A stretch of 64,000 nt of DNA from Lepidodermella squamata (Eukaryota; Animalia; Gastrotricha): positions 1,054,001-1,118,000 of the forward strand of contig JBLDXI010000002.1 in the NCBI GenBank assembly GCA_047495785.1. The letters are read 5' to 3'. The notes below the pieces were generated by a model. The model searched no databases. It was given only the letters and a program-made list of their open reading frames with translations, and was not told the origin of the DNA. Below are positions 36,401-50,042 of this stretch, piece by piece; the first letter of the stretch is position 1, and each line of letters begins with the position of its first letter. Both the position numbers and the translations under genes were made by a program.

Positions 36401-38237
36401 TCCAGATGAGCAAACGTAGACCGAGGAGTCATACGGGAGAGGTCCACAGCATTTCAGGCTAGGATTTTGCGCCAAGCGGCTATCAACAATCGTACCTTGG
36501 CATGTAAGCACCTTTCACCAAAAATCAAAGCTAATTATTAGGAAATTTTATCAAATTCCACGAACTAACCATTGTTGGTCGAACAAAGCCAGCATTGGCC
36601 GACCCTTCAACAGGCTCTTCGCTGTACTCATCCGAGCCCTGAAGCGCCGCAGTTCGGGCATCGGAGTGTTCCTGCAGGCCATTTGTCCGCCGTTGGTGCT
36701 CGCCCAGTTGATTGTTACGCAACGAGTTCGGCAGTTCATTTTCTGGGACACAAACGTGCGTATCGGGGTTGTAGCCGTTTTTGCCGCAACACTGCAAATT
36801 ATGCTCAGGATTTTCAACAATATTGCCCTCGCAGCATAATTGATTCGCAGAGGTATAACCGCGACTTCCGCATAAATTGTAACCTAATAATTTTGATAAA
36901 ATTTACGAAAAATATGCGAATTTTCAATTTTACCTGTCGCCGATTTGTGGTTTAAATTGTGGAAAAATAGTACCAAGACAAAGCCAACTGTCAGCATGAC
37001 CAAGAAGAACCTGTTGCGGGTTGGTAATAAATCAGTAGCCGGTGGTTGATGATGGAGATTAAAAAACGTTAATCGGGCCACTTTTTTCGCCGAGTCTCAA
37101 CGCGACATAAAATTCAAATCCGCCTTAATAAGCATAGTTCTGACTTGTTGTAAGTAGGTAGGTATATAGTAATGTTGTTGGTGTTCTAGTTATCGCAGAA
37201 ATTATTATTACCTGCGGGTTTTGCGGCGCCGTCGTGAGACTTCACCGGGGTTCACTCGCTAATAAAATAAGGTTAGCGCACACCGACTTAATTATTATTA
37301 CCCGCGTTCAACCGCGCGCATCGACCTCGGCGACAAGTGTTACGCCAGGCGCATCTATCTATCTAGCTTTGGCAACAGGTACAACTGCAACTAACGAGTT
37401 TATATGTTGCTTCAGCGCCGCAAAGTCACTTGTATACGGCGGCTACAACGCCTTATGCAATCGACCGAGTAAAATATGTATGCCGGGTATATTAAGTAGT
37501 AAAGAAACGCGCTGCTCATCTCGCAAAACATCAATTAACGCTATAATCAACGTGTTAAGGTAATCACATTTAAACGCATCTTGTTTCTTAATAGCGCACA
37601 ATATATATAAAAGAGCGCATAAAAATTCAGAAAATCATATCATTTTTTTATAATTCGAAAAATTGGTTGAATAGTTCATTATATCTGAATAAAAAATGCA
37701 AATAAAAAAATTAATTGAAATATATTAAAAAATTTGAAAAAAATTAGTCAAATCTTATTCAATAAAATACAAAATCTTATTCAATTTTCGGAAAAATTCC
37801 GTCGAAAAATTCCAAATTTTCACGATTTTTTTCGGGACAGAAAAATTCGGATAAAATTAAAAAAATTATATTTTTGAATTATATTTTGATTCCCAAAATA
37901 TTAAAATAATTATCACAAAATTGGCAATTTTTCTAAAATTAACTTACAAGAGAAGTAGAAGGAAGCACATCGCCCGAGTTCGGCGTTGTTGGACAACAAC
38001 TGTGGCGGCACCAGCCTTTTTGAATGAATAATGCGGTGCCGTCCAATTTTCGCCGGCAATCGAAACGAAAAACGGCAGAATCGCATCCTTGCCGTAGCCG
38101 GGTGGTGGGGATGGCGGCGGCTTGATGGCCGTTGTGTGAATAGCCAACTCTTCGTCGGCTTTTTCACACTTTTCAAGCTCAGTCTTCTTCGGCGCCCCGG
38201 CTCGATCGGTGCTCAACAGAGCGACCGGATGAACCAT
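33472..38237 (-). CDS. Galaxin-like di-cysteine repeat protein, predicted type II membrane protein with Thr-rich region
   Basis: Exon 38237-37948 splices in frame to 37010-36934 giving TM CFLLLLLFFLVMLTVGFVLVLFF; further exons from 36883, about 36500, 35733-34726 and 33777-33472; repeats CCGKNGYNP, CCGKQVYD, CCGDHVYD, CCMSTVYN, CCGTRTYDP. Confidence 0.75.
36148..36285. repeat. Dispersed repeat, copy 2 of 3 (intronic)
   Basis: Similar to 32925-33070. Confidence 0.7.
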
Positions 38238-39520
38238 TTTTATTCACAGTTTTAAAATCGTCTAAAAAAAATCAAAATTTTAAGCGTGTATTCTCAATAT
38301 TTTGCTAAAAAGAAATAATAAATTTTCCACGAGGCAAATATAATCCTTGTAAATAGCCGTGGTTTATAGCATGGCTCCGTCTATAACAAACATCACAACG
38401 GGCTGTTTTATTACATAATAATAGTAATAATAATACCTATATATGCGCGTAGTGCGTCGTCAGGTAACAAACTGAGTGTATGCGCATTTATTAAGAAACT
38501 TTGACCACCACAGCACACGGCATCGCGCAGCACGTTTTTGCCGTCTGTAGACCTTAAAATTGTTTGAAAACAAGAAAGAAAGAAAACTATAATCATCCTC
38601 ACACCAGAGGTGTTAAGGCGTATAATCACTCTGTAATAGCTTAATCCAACCGCCTGATGATGGAAAAAAATACTGATGACTCATCCTCCTTATAATTAAT
38701 AAAAAAACTATTTTGGCGCGAGATTGCGATCGCGCAATAAAATTTTTAGCAAGACGGTACTCTGTCCAGGTATAAGACGCTCATAAAATTTACTCTCGCG
38801 CGCTTCTTCTTCATTATCATCACGCGCACTTGAAAGTGCGCGCGAAACTTCCAGCGCGTATTATTATTATTAATATTATTTATATAATTATTATTATACC
38901 GTGAAATAACAACAAACTCGCGCGCATGGCAAAACAACAACGCGCTCTTAGATATATATTTGCGCACAAATTTTGCAAATTTTTCTACATTTGCGAGCTA
39001 ATAATCTGTCTGTGACATGCAAAGTGATACCAACTAATAGTTGTTGCCCTAAAAACAAGTGCCCTCACTTGAGATAAATGGCATATAATATCTCCTTATA
39101 CTGCTTACGGGATTGGTTTTGATTATCCTGGCGATAAAAAATCGCGCGAAAATCGAAAAAAATCAGCAATAAGCCTATTGAAGCGACTTTGGGCATTTAA
39201 GAAATAAATCTTATTAAAATTGGGCACTTGGATGTGATATATTTAAGCGCGTTTCTTCGCACCGGCCGGTAAATAAAATAAGCTTTTTTTTTACAACTCC
39301 GAATAAGCGTAAAATTAACATGAAAAAAATAACATCATTTTATTGTTATAGTGGCGAGTGAAAGAAAGATTATCTCGCCACATAGTTTCATCATCACAAG
39401 TTTTGATGAAATTACTATTATACGAAGCCGCTGTTCACTAATATTCGTAAAAGGCCACAGTTAACCCACTCATTGCAGCGCAAAAAGGTTCAGAGTTGAA
39501 TACTCGTTTTCTGAAAAAAA

Positions 39521-42500
39521 ATGGGCTGCAGGCGAGCTAAGAAAGAGGAACCTTGCCTCGAAGATTATGGTAATTTCAATTTTTTATAAAAACTTTCGTA
39601 ATTTCCTGTTACCTAATTCGCAGTTCCGTTCCACTGGACTCATCTGGTATTTGTGGTCACCCTGACACTTTTATTACAGTGCTTGATTCGGCTTCAAACC
39701 TTTTGGACACCCTCTGTACCTGATGCTATTGATTTAGGGATCCACCCGGGCGATTTAAATCGAACCATCTTAGACACGGACCGATTTGTCACAGCCCGAG
39801 CTAGGAAGCATCTCGAACATATCGACACATTCGGAATTCGGCCAAGTGGAACAAAATCGGATGAAAAAATGATTAATTACTTGTTCGAACAAATTCAGGA
39901 GTTGAAGAGCTTGATGGGAGCTGATTCGAAGTTCGAGTTCAAATTCGAAGCTAGCGTTAACAATAAGAGGATGCTGGAGCAAAGCAATTTTCAAAGTGCT
40001 TTGTTTTTCAATATTACGAATGTCTTAGTGAGGTTGGACCCGATTCAGGGTGACCAAAGAGGCGATGCGTTGCTGATCAATGGTCACTTTGACACGGCAG
40101 AAGGGGTAAATAATTTTAAATTTTTAACAAATAAATTAGGAATTTGAAAATTTATATTTTTTGAAAATTTCAAAAGATTTCAAATTTTTTTATAAATTTT
40201 AAAAAAATTTCAAAAATTTCAAAAAATTTCAGACAATTTTAAATTGGAATTTAAAAATTTAGAAATCTAAAGAACTTCTTAAGAAATATTTTTTTCAGAC
40301 TGCCGGCGCCAGTGATAATTCATTGAGGTGCGCTATCATGTTGGAAATGATTCGAGCAATAATTTCCTCGAAAAATCCACTCAAACAACCGATAATTTTT
40401 CTATTCAACGGCGCCGAAGAAGCCGGACATGGCGGGGTCAAGGTATTCGCCGGCCATGCATGGGCGAAAGACGTGAAATACTTTATTAACCTCGACTCAG
40501 CTGGGCCAGGTCGCGATTTGTTGTTCCAAGTCGAAAATTCGTTCCTACTAAAATCGTACGCATCGGCCGCGAAATATCCAATGGCTAGCGTTTTTATGCA
40601 AGAATTTTTTCAACATTTCCTAATGTTTTTCGGAACTGATTATTCGGTGCTAAGCAAGGAAACCAACGCAACAGGCATGGATTTTGTGGCCTTGGATAAT
40701 AGTTATATACTTCACACCCGCTACGATAAACCTGACCTCATTTTGGACGGCGATATTGAACGAATTGGTGTGAACAATTTGGAATTAATTCGCAAAATTT
40801 CCAATAATTCAGCCAATTTTACGGACGCTGAGCGACGCGAAAAAATGGTTTATTTCGATGTATTTTCACTTTTCGTAATTTTCTACCGGTTCAACTGGAT
40901 TGGCGTGGCGTTGAATTGCGTCGCGATTGGTGTCACCCTGCTACGCTTGATATGGCGCAGCGTCGCCGGCGGTTGCGAGTACGTCAAAATGCTAGTTGTC
41001 ACATTTTTTATGACAATTTTGGCGGTTATAATCGCGCTGGTTTTTCTCGCTGGAATTCTTTACCTCGTCACTCTACTGGAATTGGAATATTGCTGGTATT
41101 CTCGGCAATGGCTGTTAATTTTTATTTACGTTCTGCCAGCAATTTCAGCATTAATTTCAATTCATGCGATCAATTCACGGCTAATAATACCCCGATTAGC
41201 CTTGGTGGCGAATGATAATCGAAGTTCGAAACTCGGCTATGAAAGTTCGATAGATTCGGCCCTTCTAATAGCTTCAGCAATCCTGGGCGCGATGACCTAT
41301 TTCGAATTCGCTAGCTCTTACCTGGTTTTCACCTGGATTTTCTGGGTCGCGGTTTCAACTTCAATTTTGGACCTTGCCGCTCCGGTTTCGAATATTGAAA
41401 GTCCAGCTTGTTTGCTGATTCGGCACCTTTCAATCACCCTAGTGCCATCGATCTTCTATCTATATTGGATTAATATTATTTACGATAGCATTCATTTTAT
41501 CGCTGGCGAGGTGGCGATTGCATTTTTCATCATCGCAATTATCTTTGTTCTTTTCTTATTTCACGTGAGTCAATTTGAACGTTTTGAAATTGTAAGATTT
41601 TTAAGGAGGATTTTCTTGGAAAAATATTTTGATTATTTTCTAGGTGCGACACCCCAGAAAAAAAATTTCTGGGCAATTTCTAAAAAAAAATGCAAAAATA
41701 AAAAATTTGATCACTTTGATTTAAATTTAATTTTAATTTTAATTTTATAATTTTATATCCAAAAAGGATAATTGTCTTAATGAAAGAAATTCGTTTTCGC
41801 CAATGTCCATGCTGATTTGTCGTTTTGAAGGTTTTTCGTAGGGCGAAATTTGATTTTTAATTTTTTAGTTTTTTGCGTTATTTCTATTTAATTTTAATTA
41901 TTTAATATACTTATATAATTTTTTTATTACCAGGCTCCCGTCGTCTATCTTAGTGCTGGCGACGTCCTATTTCCGGTAATTATTTCATTCCTACTCGCAA
42001 TCACCGCCTTCGTCCTCGTAATATTCACACCAATCGGACAACCCTTCGCCGTCAACGCCGAATCAATCAAAGGCGTTCGACTCGGCATGTCGGACACGCA
42101 ATTAATCGCATATAGAACTGGTTCAAATTCGGCGAATATCAACGCAGAGATAAGCTTTCAACCTCGTTTCATGGGGCTGCACCTAAAAAGCTTTAACCTA
42201 CTGCAAGAATCCGCCTCAGATGGCCTGAATTCATACCTGAAAAGCGCAAGAAATTCTTGCAACGGAACGGCCATTTGCGAAATTATACCGCCAAACTTTT
42301 CTCGATGGATCGAATTGAACGACACGGCTGAATTAAAATCTTTAAATTGGCCAAAGATTTCTGTTAACAAATTAATGGAAAAGCATGAAGGCGAATATTT
42401 CCTTCAATTTAAAATCGCCTGCAATAATGCTTATCAATGCAGTTTTTTTATTATCCCACCGGTTTCCGTGGAAATTACACGCTGGCATTTCGGCTTCGAA

Positions 42501-42845
42501 ATCATCGAGCTGGAAACATTTCCGAAAAAGCAAATGATGCAGCCGAAGTTGATCGGTCATCGTCGTTACTACGAAATGCAGCTGAATAATCTTGGCAATC
42601 ACAAGGACATTTACGCGACAATTTTCGTCAAAAGCTATCGCATGGATGGCAGTATGTTGGATTTTGAAATAGCTGTCGCTAGCAAGTTGGTCGAAGATGG
42701 CGTCGAGATGAGTAATATGCCGGGCCAGTTGCGAGATTTTGTGGCCACCCTGCCGGATTGGCACCATACAGTGCCAAGTTTTGCCATGTACACTACCGAG
42801 CGGTTTACATATGAACCTAATTCAAATTCTGGAACTTTCAGTTGA
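39521..42845 (+). CDS. ERMP1: ER metallopeptidase 1-like (peptidase M28, polytopic membrane protein)
   Basis: INGHFDT, GASDN, FLFNGAEEAG, FINLDSAG, TDYSV, YILHTRYD, followed by many TM helices; about 4 exons. Confidence 0.85.
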
Positions 42846-43039
42846 AAAATTAAATACTCGTTTTTCAATTTTTTCATAGTTTCTGTTATTATTCTCAAAT
42901 AAATAATTCGTTATACATTTTTTATTTTCTTCAGAAATAAAAATTTGAGCTGTAAATTTTGACTTGAAAACTTCTGCATAAAATTAAAGTGTTCGTGATG
43001 GCCAGAAATGTCCAACAATTTTATAAAATCCGGATAAAT

Positions 43040-43185
43040 TCAGTCCAACCTGGAAAAATAACGAAAATTAGCGAAACAGTTACCATCGGGGTTTTATGGG
43101 GCTTTCCGGTAAATTGTCAACTTCTTCGGTAAAATCACGAATATGGAAGAATGGAAGATACTCCCAGTGGGTTAAATTCCAAAAA
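43040..43185. repeat. Dispersed repeat, copy 3 of 3 (degenerate)
   Basis: gttaccatcgggg core shared with the other copies. Confidence 0.6.
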
Positions 43186-43315
43186 ATTTTGTACATTTAA
43201 TAAAAAAGTTGGAAAAATTTAGAAATGGCTGCGGAACTGTCCACCGGTATAACGGTCCACCGGTTGTCACCTGAGCGACATGTTCAATTTTTTTATTTTA
43301 TTATTGCTATAATTA

Positions 43316-45041
43316 CTAAGAAGCAGAAATTAACAGAAAAATTATTACAATAAAATTGTCACCACTCGATTGATATGCATGTGACAAGTAGCCAGATTCC
43401 ATTCGAAACGACGTCATTTCGTAGTTCGAAAACACGCATCTATCCGTGATGTTGTGAAGAAACCGCCGAATAACCGCTCGGCTGCCTTTCCGCTTTGACG
43501 CGTGACCAGCATGCATTAAGGCGGCTGTTTCGCCAAAGGAAGACCGGCTAATCAGCAAGTGATCGATCTCCGGAGACGCTAAAATCGACCAATCTACAAA
43601 AGTCCGTAACGTAGTCTTAGTGTCAAATCCGGTTGGTGCTTTGAATGACCGATCGATATGCGTGATTGGCGCAATCGAATCAGCAGTTCGAATTGTCAAT
43701 GAAATCGATTTCTCCTTCGCGTAATTTTCCAATGAGCTTGCGAAGCTTTTCATCGAATCTTCCAAGTCAGTTGTTATGAAGACTACAATTTTTCGATATT
43801 TATTTTTCCGGCAAATTTCGTCCAGCTCTTCGACGAAACAATCAATTTGACCCGGGTGAACTCGCGACCAATATTCACCCCATTTCCATTGGCCAGCCGA
43901 TCGAATTTGAACGGCAAATCTTGCGTCGAAATTTGAAGTTCGAAATTCGTTTTCGAAGGGCGCGACTGAATTTTCGAGCAAAGCAGTCCGCCTTGATAGT
44001 AGAATTTTCAAGGCGATAATGGTTAGTTGGGATGGCGTAAGCCCGAACAGGTTATAGTATTCCGCCATGGGTTTGTAATAAGGATTTTTCAGGAAAATTT
44101 CCAAGGGAATCAAAGAGTTGATTTCGAGGGACAGGTGATCGTGTTCAGAATAAATTTCTCTTGTATGTTTGCTCGAATTGAACAAGTCGATAATGACTGA
44201 AAATATTCGAAATTAAAATTTTAAATTTTAAATTAAACAAATTGAAAATGATTTAAATTAAATTTTTAAATTAAACTAAATTTATAAATAAAAAATGTAA
44301 ATTTCAGAATTTAATTTAAGAAATCAAAAATCCTTACGATCTTCCATGTCGACAAAGCGAAAATTGCACGTCGCTGGTTTTGGCGGCGCAATTTCGGAAA
44401 ATATCATTTTTCTCGAAAAAAATTGCGCATCGAAATAATGTTCCAATTTAGACGGATACGCCCAGTCGACTGAAAACACGCCATTTGTCAGTAAGGCGAT
44501 GTAGAAAACAGCCGCCAGTCCACGCAGCCGATCGCCCAAACCACCGCATTGATAACCGCTATTTCCGGCGCAGCGGTATTCCAAAATTATTGGCTCGCAT
44601 TTCAACCCGTATTTCGTATGTTTTTTCGCGCCTAATGTTGCCTCTAATAATTTATCATATTTCGCTTTAATAGAAGCGACAATGAAGTCTAAATCATCAT
44701 TTTTCGATTGAGGTGATGATTTGAGGTCCTTCGGAGGTAACGGCGATCCATCTAAGCAAAATGATTCGACTTGCAGCCGCTTTTCTCGATCGACATTGTC
44801 TTTTGGCAGATCGTCGGTGAAAACACGTCTCTCAGGCCTTTTTTCGCATATTTGCGGCTCCGAATGGCTAAAACCACTCCAGCGCTGTTCGATTGCGTAA
44901 AATGCATAAATACCCACCTTAAATAATAAGAATATATAAAGCGTATCAATTTATTTTAATTATTCGACTCACCGCAGTAAGGAGAATTCGAAATAAATAT
45001 TTCAAGCGAAAATATTTCACTGCTAATTCATGCAGGTACAT
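43316..45041 (-). CDS. Fucosyltransferase-like glycosyltransferase A (GT11/GT23/GT37 fold family); 5' exon uncertain
   Basis: CGGLGDRLRG, FAVQIR, VFITTD, DWSIL, SRSSFGETAA; hydrophobic C-terminus. Confidence 0.7.
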
Positions 45042-45380
45042 GAGTTTGAAATGGTTGGGTGCGGCTTTTAAATTATTATACAGCTATTTTAAAACCATGT
45101 GCGTGGATTAGGGGTTGAATAATTCGATTGCGCCGTGACCTAGATGTGAATAGTGGGTGACCTAGTTGTGCAATGACGAGCCTTTTCACGTTTTAAGCCG
45201 CACGACAGGGTAATAATTTGAAACAAAAGAAAAAACTCGCCAGAAAGAAAATTATTATGCCTAGTCCAATTGATAAAATAAATTGAAAATCCAAGAAAAA
45301 TCGTGATTTATTCATCACCATACGAACCAACATCGATAGTTCAAAGAAAGCAGTAATAATAAAAACGAAAAACAAATAGG

Positions 45381-46914
45381 TTAATTAGTCCAACAAAATT
45401 GATCATTTCGTTTTATATTGATCGCTCCACGGCTTTGTTTCAAGTGATAGCCAATCGCGCTGCTTTGATGCATGAAACACGTGTGGCCTTCATTAGCGAT
45501 TGATTTCGCGTAGAATTTAGCCGCAACATTATGGCTGCAACTCGCGAAGTTAGATAACAGTGATCCTTCTCGAACTTCTCCGTCTTGCTCCTCCTCATCT
45601 TCTGCGTTCTCCTCCTCCTCCTCGTTCTGGCTTCGAAACGGGTTACAGCCGGGTTGAAGACTGCCGATGTCGTTGATGAAGATATCCGCATGGCCGATTT
45701 TCTCGCCATGCCCGATGCATTTTGTCGAGTGGTAGACGTCGACAAGTTCAGCGTCACTTTCGTCAAGGCGCCGATCGATAGGCCGGCCGCGAAACAGGGG
45801 CCCGGCAGGGTCGAGGCCGCTGATTCTGTCGCACCGGATGCGATGCTTGTTAAGCAGATTTTGGCATAAAAACGCGCAGACTTGAGCGCCAAGTGAAAAG
45901 CCGATGCAATGTAGCTGGATGCTACCGCTAAATCCGGCCAATTTCGACAGCTCTTGGATGAAATCAGCCGCTGCCGCTCCAACAACCTGGACATTTCTAG
46001 CAGGACGGCCGTAATAGAACGCTGAGGCTGTTTTCATGGTGGCTCCATTTTGCCAATCCAGGAAAAGCACATTTTTCTAAAAAACAAAATAAAAAACTCC
46101 ACCTTAATAAATTATAGTTTACTTACCTGTTTATTTATCAAATTAGTGATTATAGGGGTGCTCCATGACGCTGTATTGCATAAAGATCCTTTCCAGCCAT
46201 GCGTGACGATAGTAATGGCCCTGGAGAGGAAAACTTGCCGAGCGAACATGTGCTTTTCTCGTTCATTTGTTGATGTTACTTTCAAGCTGCGTGATTTCAA
46301 AAATGAAGTCGCACCTATATTGAATAACCATTGAAACCTTTAAAAACTCGACAGAATGAGACTTACATTGGTCTGAGGTGCTATTGCTTGGGATATTTTG
46401 GCCACCCGCGAAGAAAAACATCGTTGGATCGATCGATTTTAGAGGATCGGCTTTATCAGTTGAAGGCACAATGTCAAAAGCACAGAAACTTTTCCGAGGT
46501 ATAACTCCTTCATTCTCCTCATCTTCATCGTGGGCTGTAGGCCTTGAAAAATTCAAAAAATTCAAACAAATATTAACAAATTATCGATCATTTACTCATT
46601 GTCCGCTTCGTCGTTGTTGGAAATTTCATCAGCGGGACCAGTTTCTTCGTTATGGTTATCATTGTCTTTTACGGCGTAATCCGTAGTTTCGGTTCGAGCA
46701 TCGAGAACTTCTACGGGTCTTCAGATATTACAATTATAACAATGAAAAAATAAAATGAGAGTGCTCTTAACCCATGGTCCGCTTGATCGGCTTCGTCGGT
46801 GGGACCAGCTTCGCTCTGGCCATCATTCTCCTCAGCGGCGTAATCCTTAGTTTCAGCTCGAGCATACAGAACAACTACGCCGATCAAGACGGTAAGCGAG
46901 ATCGTCAACTTCAT
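45381..46914 (-). CDS. Pancreatic-lipase/PLA1-like secreted lipase 1 (acidic pro-region and acidic lid)
   Basis: Signal MKLTISLTVLIGVVVL; HGW, HCIGFSLGAQ, LDPAGP, CSH; no PLAT domain. Confidence 0.85.
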
Positions 46915-47028
46915 TTCAGCTTCAAAAAGTGTGCTAGTGATTCTCTTACACCCAGCTAGCCTGTAACACACGTTTCCCATCTGACACCTCCCAGGTGTTG
47001 AAAAATGTTAGCTTTATTGACAACAATA

Positions 47029-48240
47029 TCAAGGGGTTTCCTTGTACCAACATTCTTCGCCAATGTCAATATTGATTACACCCAATTTCGCCGTCAAACC
47101 ATAACCAATTGGTTCGTTATCCCAACGGTAGCATTCGGCCAATTCCTGCCCACGAATAATCGACTTGGCGTAGAACCTAACTGCAACTTGATGGCTACAG
47201 GACTCTGCCTCACTTATAAACAAATTCCTCGCTTCCCTCTCGTTCATATTCCGAGATCTTCGAATCATCTTCATGGCTCTCCTTGCGGCTGAGTAGCAAC
47301 CGGGTTGAATTGAAAGAATGTCGTTGATGAAGACGTCAGTATGGCCGAGAGGTTCTCGTTGCCCCATGCAGGTTGTAGTATGATAGACATCAACCAGATT
47401 CGCGTCGCTTTTGTCAACATTTTGCTGGTATCCATTTTTCCGAAACATCGGACCAGCCGGGTCGATTGCGGACAATCGCGCGCATGTCACGCCAACATGT
47501 TTGCGAAGAGTCTCACACATCTGCGAGCAGACTTGGGCGCCTAGGGAGAATCCTATGCAGTGGATGCGGTTGTCTAAGAGTGATTGGGAAAGCAAAGCCA
47601 TTTGAACTAGGCTTCCAGCCATTGCTGTGCCGAGGAATTTAGAGTTCACAGCTGCCTGAGGGTACTCGTCAAAGCCTTGTTTCTTCGCACCCTCTCTCCA
47701 GTCCACAAAGAGAACATCTCTCTGGGTTCAAAATCACAAATTTCGAATCCAATGAACTAAAACAATAGGCTATCGTACATTTTGTTGTAAAATACCGAGA
47801 ACCATTGGGTTGATCCATTTTTTCGCGATGCAAATCCCACTGTTGAAGCCATGCGTGGCTACGGTAATCAATCCGTCGCCTTCAAAAACACGGCTAGCTA
47901 TTCTTAATGCTTCATCTTCATCGAAAAATTTGACAGCCTGGTGGTTTACGATCTCTGTTATACCTGCAAATCAAGGAATCGTAGTTTGTTGGATTTCTTT
48001 AATTTCTTGGATCTTACATTTCGAGGTGTCTATCTTTAGGTCAGGTTCCTGCTCATTCGCTTTGAAATAGTGCCATGTGGGATCGATTTTTTCTAGGCTA
48101 AGCGGCTTTCGAAAGAAACCTGAAATTTCAGCAAGATCTACTGGACAGACTTTGCTTATCTGCAACTCTGACAGAGATCTGCTGGGTAATATCAGAATGA
48201 AAAAGAGGCTGCAAAAAGGAATACTTGGTTTCATAGTCAT
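47029..48240 (-). CDS. Lipase 2
   Basis: Signal peptide; HGF, GFSLGAQ, IDPAGP, CSH. Confidence 0.85.
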
Positions 48241-48727
48241 ATACGTAAAAATAGACAAGGTTTCTCTTAGCAGACAGATAAAATCTGAATAGCGAACGCT
48301 GTAGAGGCATCTGTTGCTGAATTTTAAATTCTCTAATTGAAAAACAAATAAATTCCCGCCAGTGTAGTTGGTGCAGCTCTGAGAAAAGTAGGAATGACAA
48401 CTTGGGAATTATTTTCGTTTCTATGGAACGATTGGTCACAAAACCTGTGGCACTCAGGTACTTTTGCCAAAGTTCACTTGCACCAATAGTTCCTAGCCAA
48501 TGGGTATTCCATGGACCATAAAAAGAGAAAAATTCCGGTATCAAGATCCATAGATCTTGCTAAGAATTCCTCTGGCGGAATTTCCTCGCTTCCAATCTTG
48601 GAAAATACTGCTCGCGGATGATTAGTCACGCGCTAATAATTCAAGTTTATTCCTACCAGACGAGACATGGGTTTTGCCGAGCTTATACGTTCTTTATTTC
48701 GTGTCAAATGACTAACAAAATCGCAAA

Positions 48728-49935
48728 TTAGTAGATGACTTCAGGGCTTGTAATCCAGCAATTTAAGCCGATATTCAACTGAACTGTTCCGGTTACGTCG
48801 TTGGACAGAAAGTAGCCAACATTTCGCTCATGATCCACAGAGAAGCATTCAGCAGAGTTTCTACCCCGACTTATGGATGTGACGAAAAATCTGACCGCTA
48901 CTTCGTGGCTACAACCGAAATTCACAGTTCCGCCGACAGACCTTTCAGACGATAAATCGGCTTCAGTTATTAGACAGCCTGGTTGCCGCTGGTAGAGATT
49001 ATTAATGTAAACATCAACATGCCCCAGTCGCTCCACCTGACCGATGCAGTAAGTTGAATGGTAGACATCGACAACCTTTGCGTCACTCGGGTCAACATTG
49101 TCAGAAGGCCCTGTTTGCCGGAACAATGGACCCGCTGGGTCGAGGGCTGAGAACCTCCCGCAGGTGATACCGTAAAGGTCCCTGAGGGTTTTACACATGT
49201 TCGAGCAAGCGTGTGCGCCCAATGAGAAACCTATGCAGTGAATTGCTCGAAGTCTTGTTCTTGGGACATTCGCTAGGTCAGCCATGTTCACCAAATGAAT
49301 GGCCATAGCTTTGCCAACAATTCTGGAATTTTTAGCTGGCTTTGGATAATCGACAATGCCGCTAGCTTTTGCTCCATTACTCCAGTCCAAAAATAGGACA
49401 TTTTCCTGGGAAATTAACGGTTTTTAAGGTTGATCAAGGACAAAATAAAACCTTCTCGCGCAACAAATCTCTGATAAGAGGAGTGCTCCATTCTTTCGTA
49501 TCGCAGATGCCGCCCATGAATCCATGGGTCGAAATTATGATTCGACCTCTCCCCAACAAAATCTGAGATCCAAACCTAGCACTTTCAACCAGATCAAACA
49601 TGCCTGCAGTGCGGTAGTTTGCAACATCCGTCACGCCTAGAAGGAAAGGAGGAAGATTCGATTTAAAGACTCGATAAATCAATGGGCCTGCATTTTTCAG
49701 TTGATTGGAGTTGGCGAAAAAGGCGACTTCTTTGGTCTCTTGCCTTGAATAAATACCAAGTTGGGTTTATATCTTCGATGATGTCTGGTTTATAGAGGCC
49801 TGCGGTTTTCTCGATTCCATCGAGAAGGCAAGTTGATGCTTCGATATCATTGATACTTGTATCGAACCGAAATCTACGCCGTTGGCAAGAAACAAGGGGT
49901 GTAATGCCTAAAAGAAGCAAAACTTTCCACAGCAT
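48728..49935 (-). CDS. Lipase 3
   Basis: MLWKVLLLLG; HGF, GFSLGAH, LDPAGP, CSH. Confidence 0.85.
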
Positions 49936-50042
49936 TGCTCAGATTATCTATCCTAGACTTTTCGAGCATTTTGAAGGGCGGAGAAAATAAAACATCTGCG
50001 AAAAATATTTTCCTGTAATTTATTCAATAAGTGTATTCCTTT

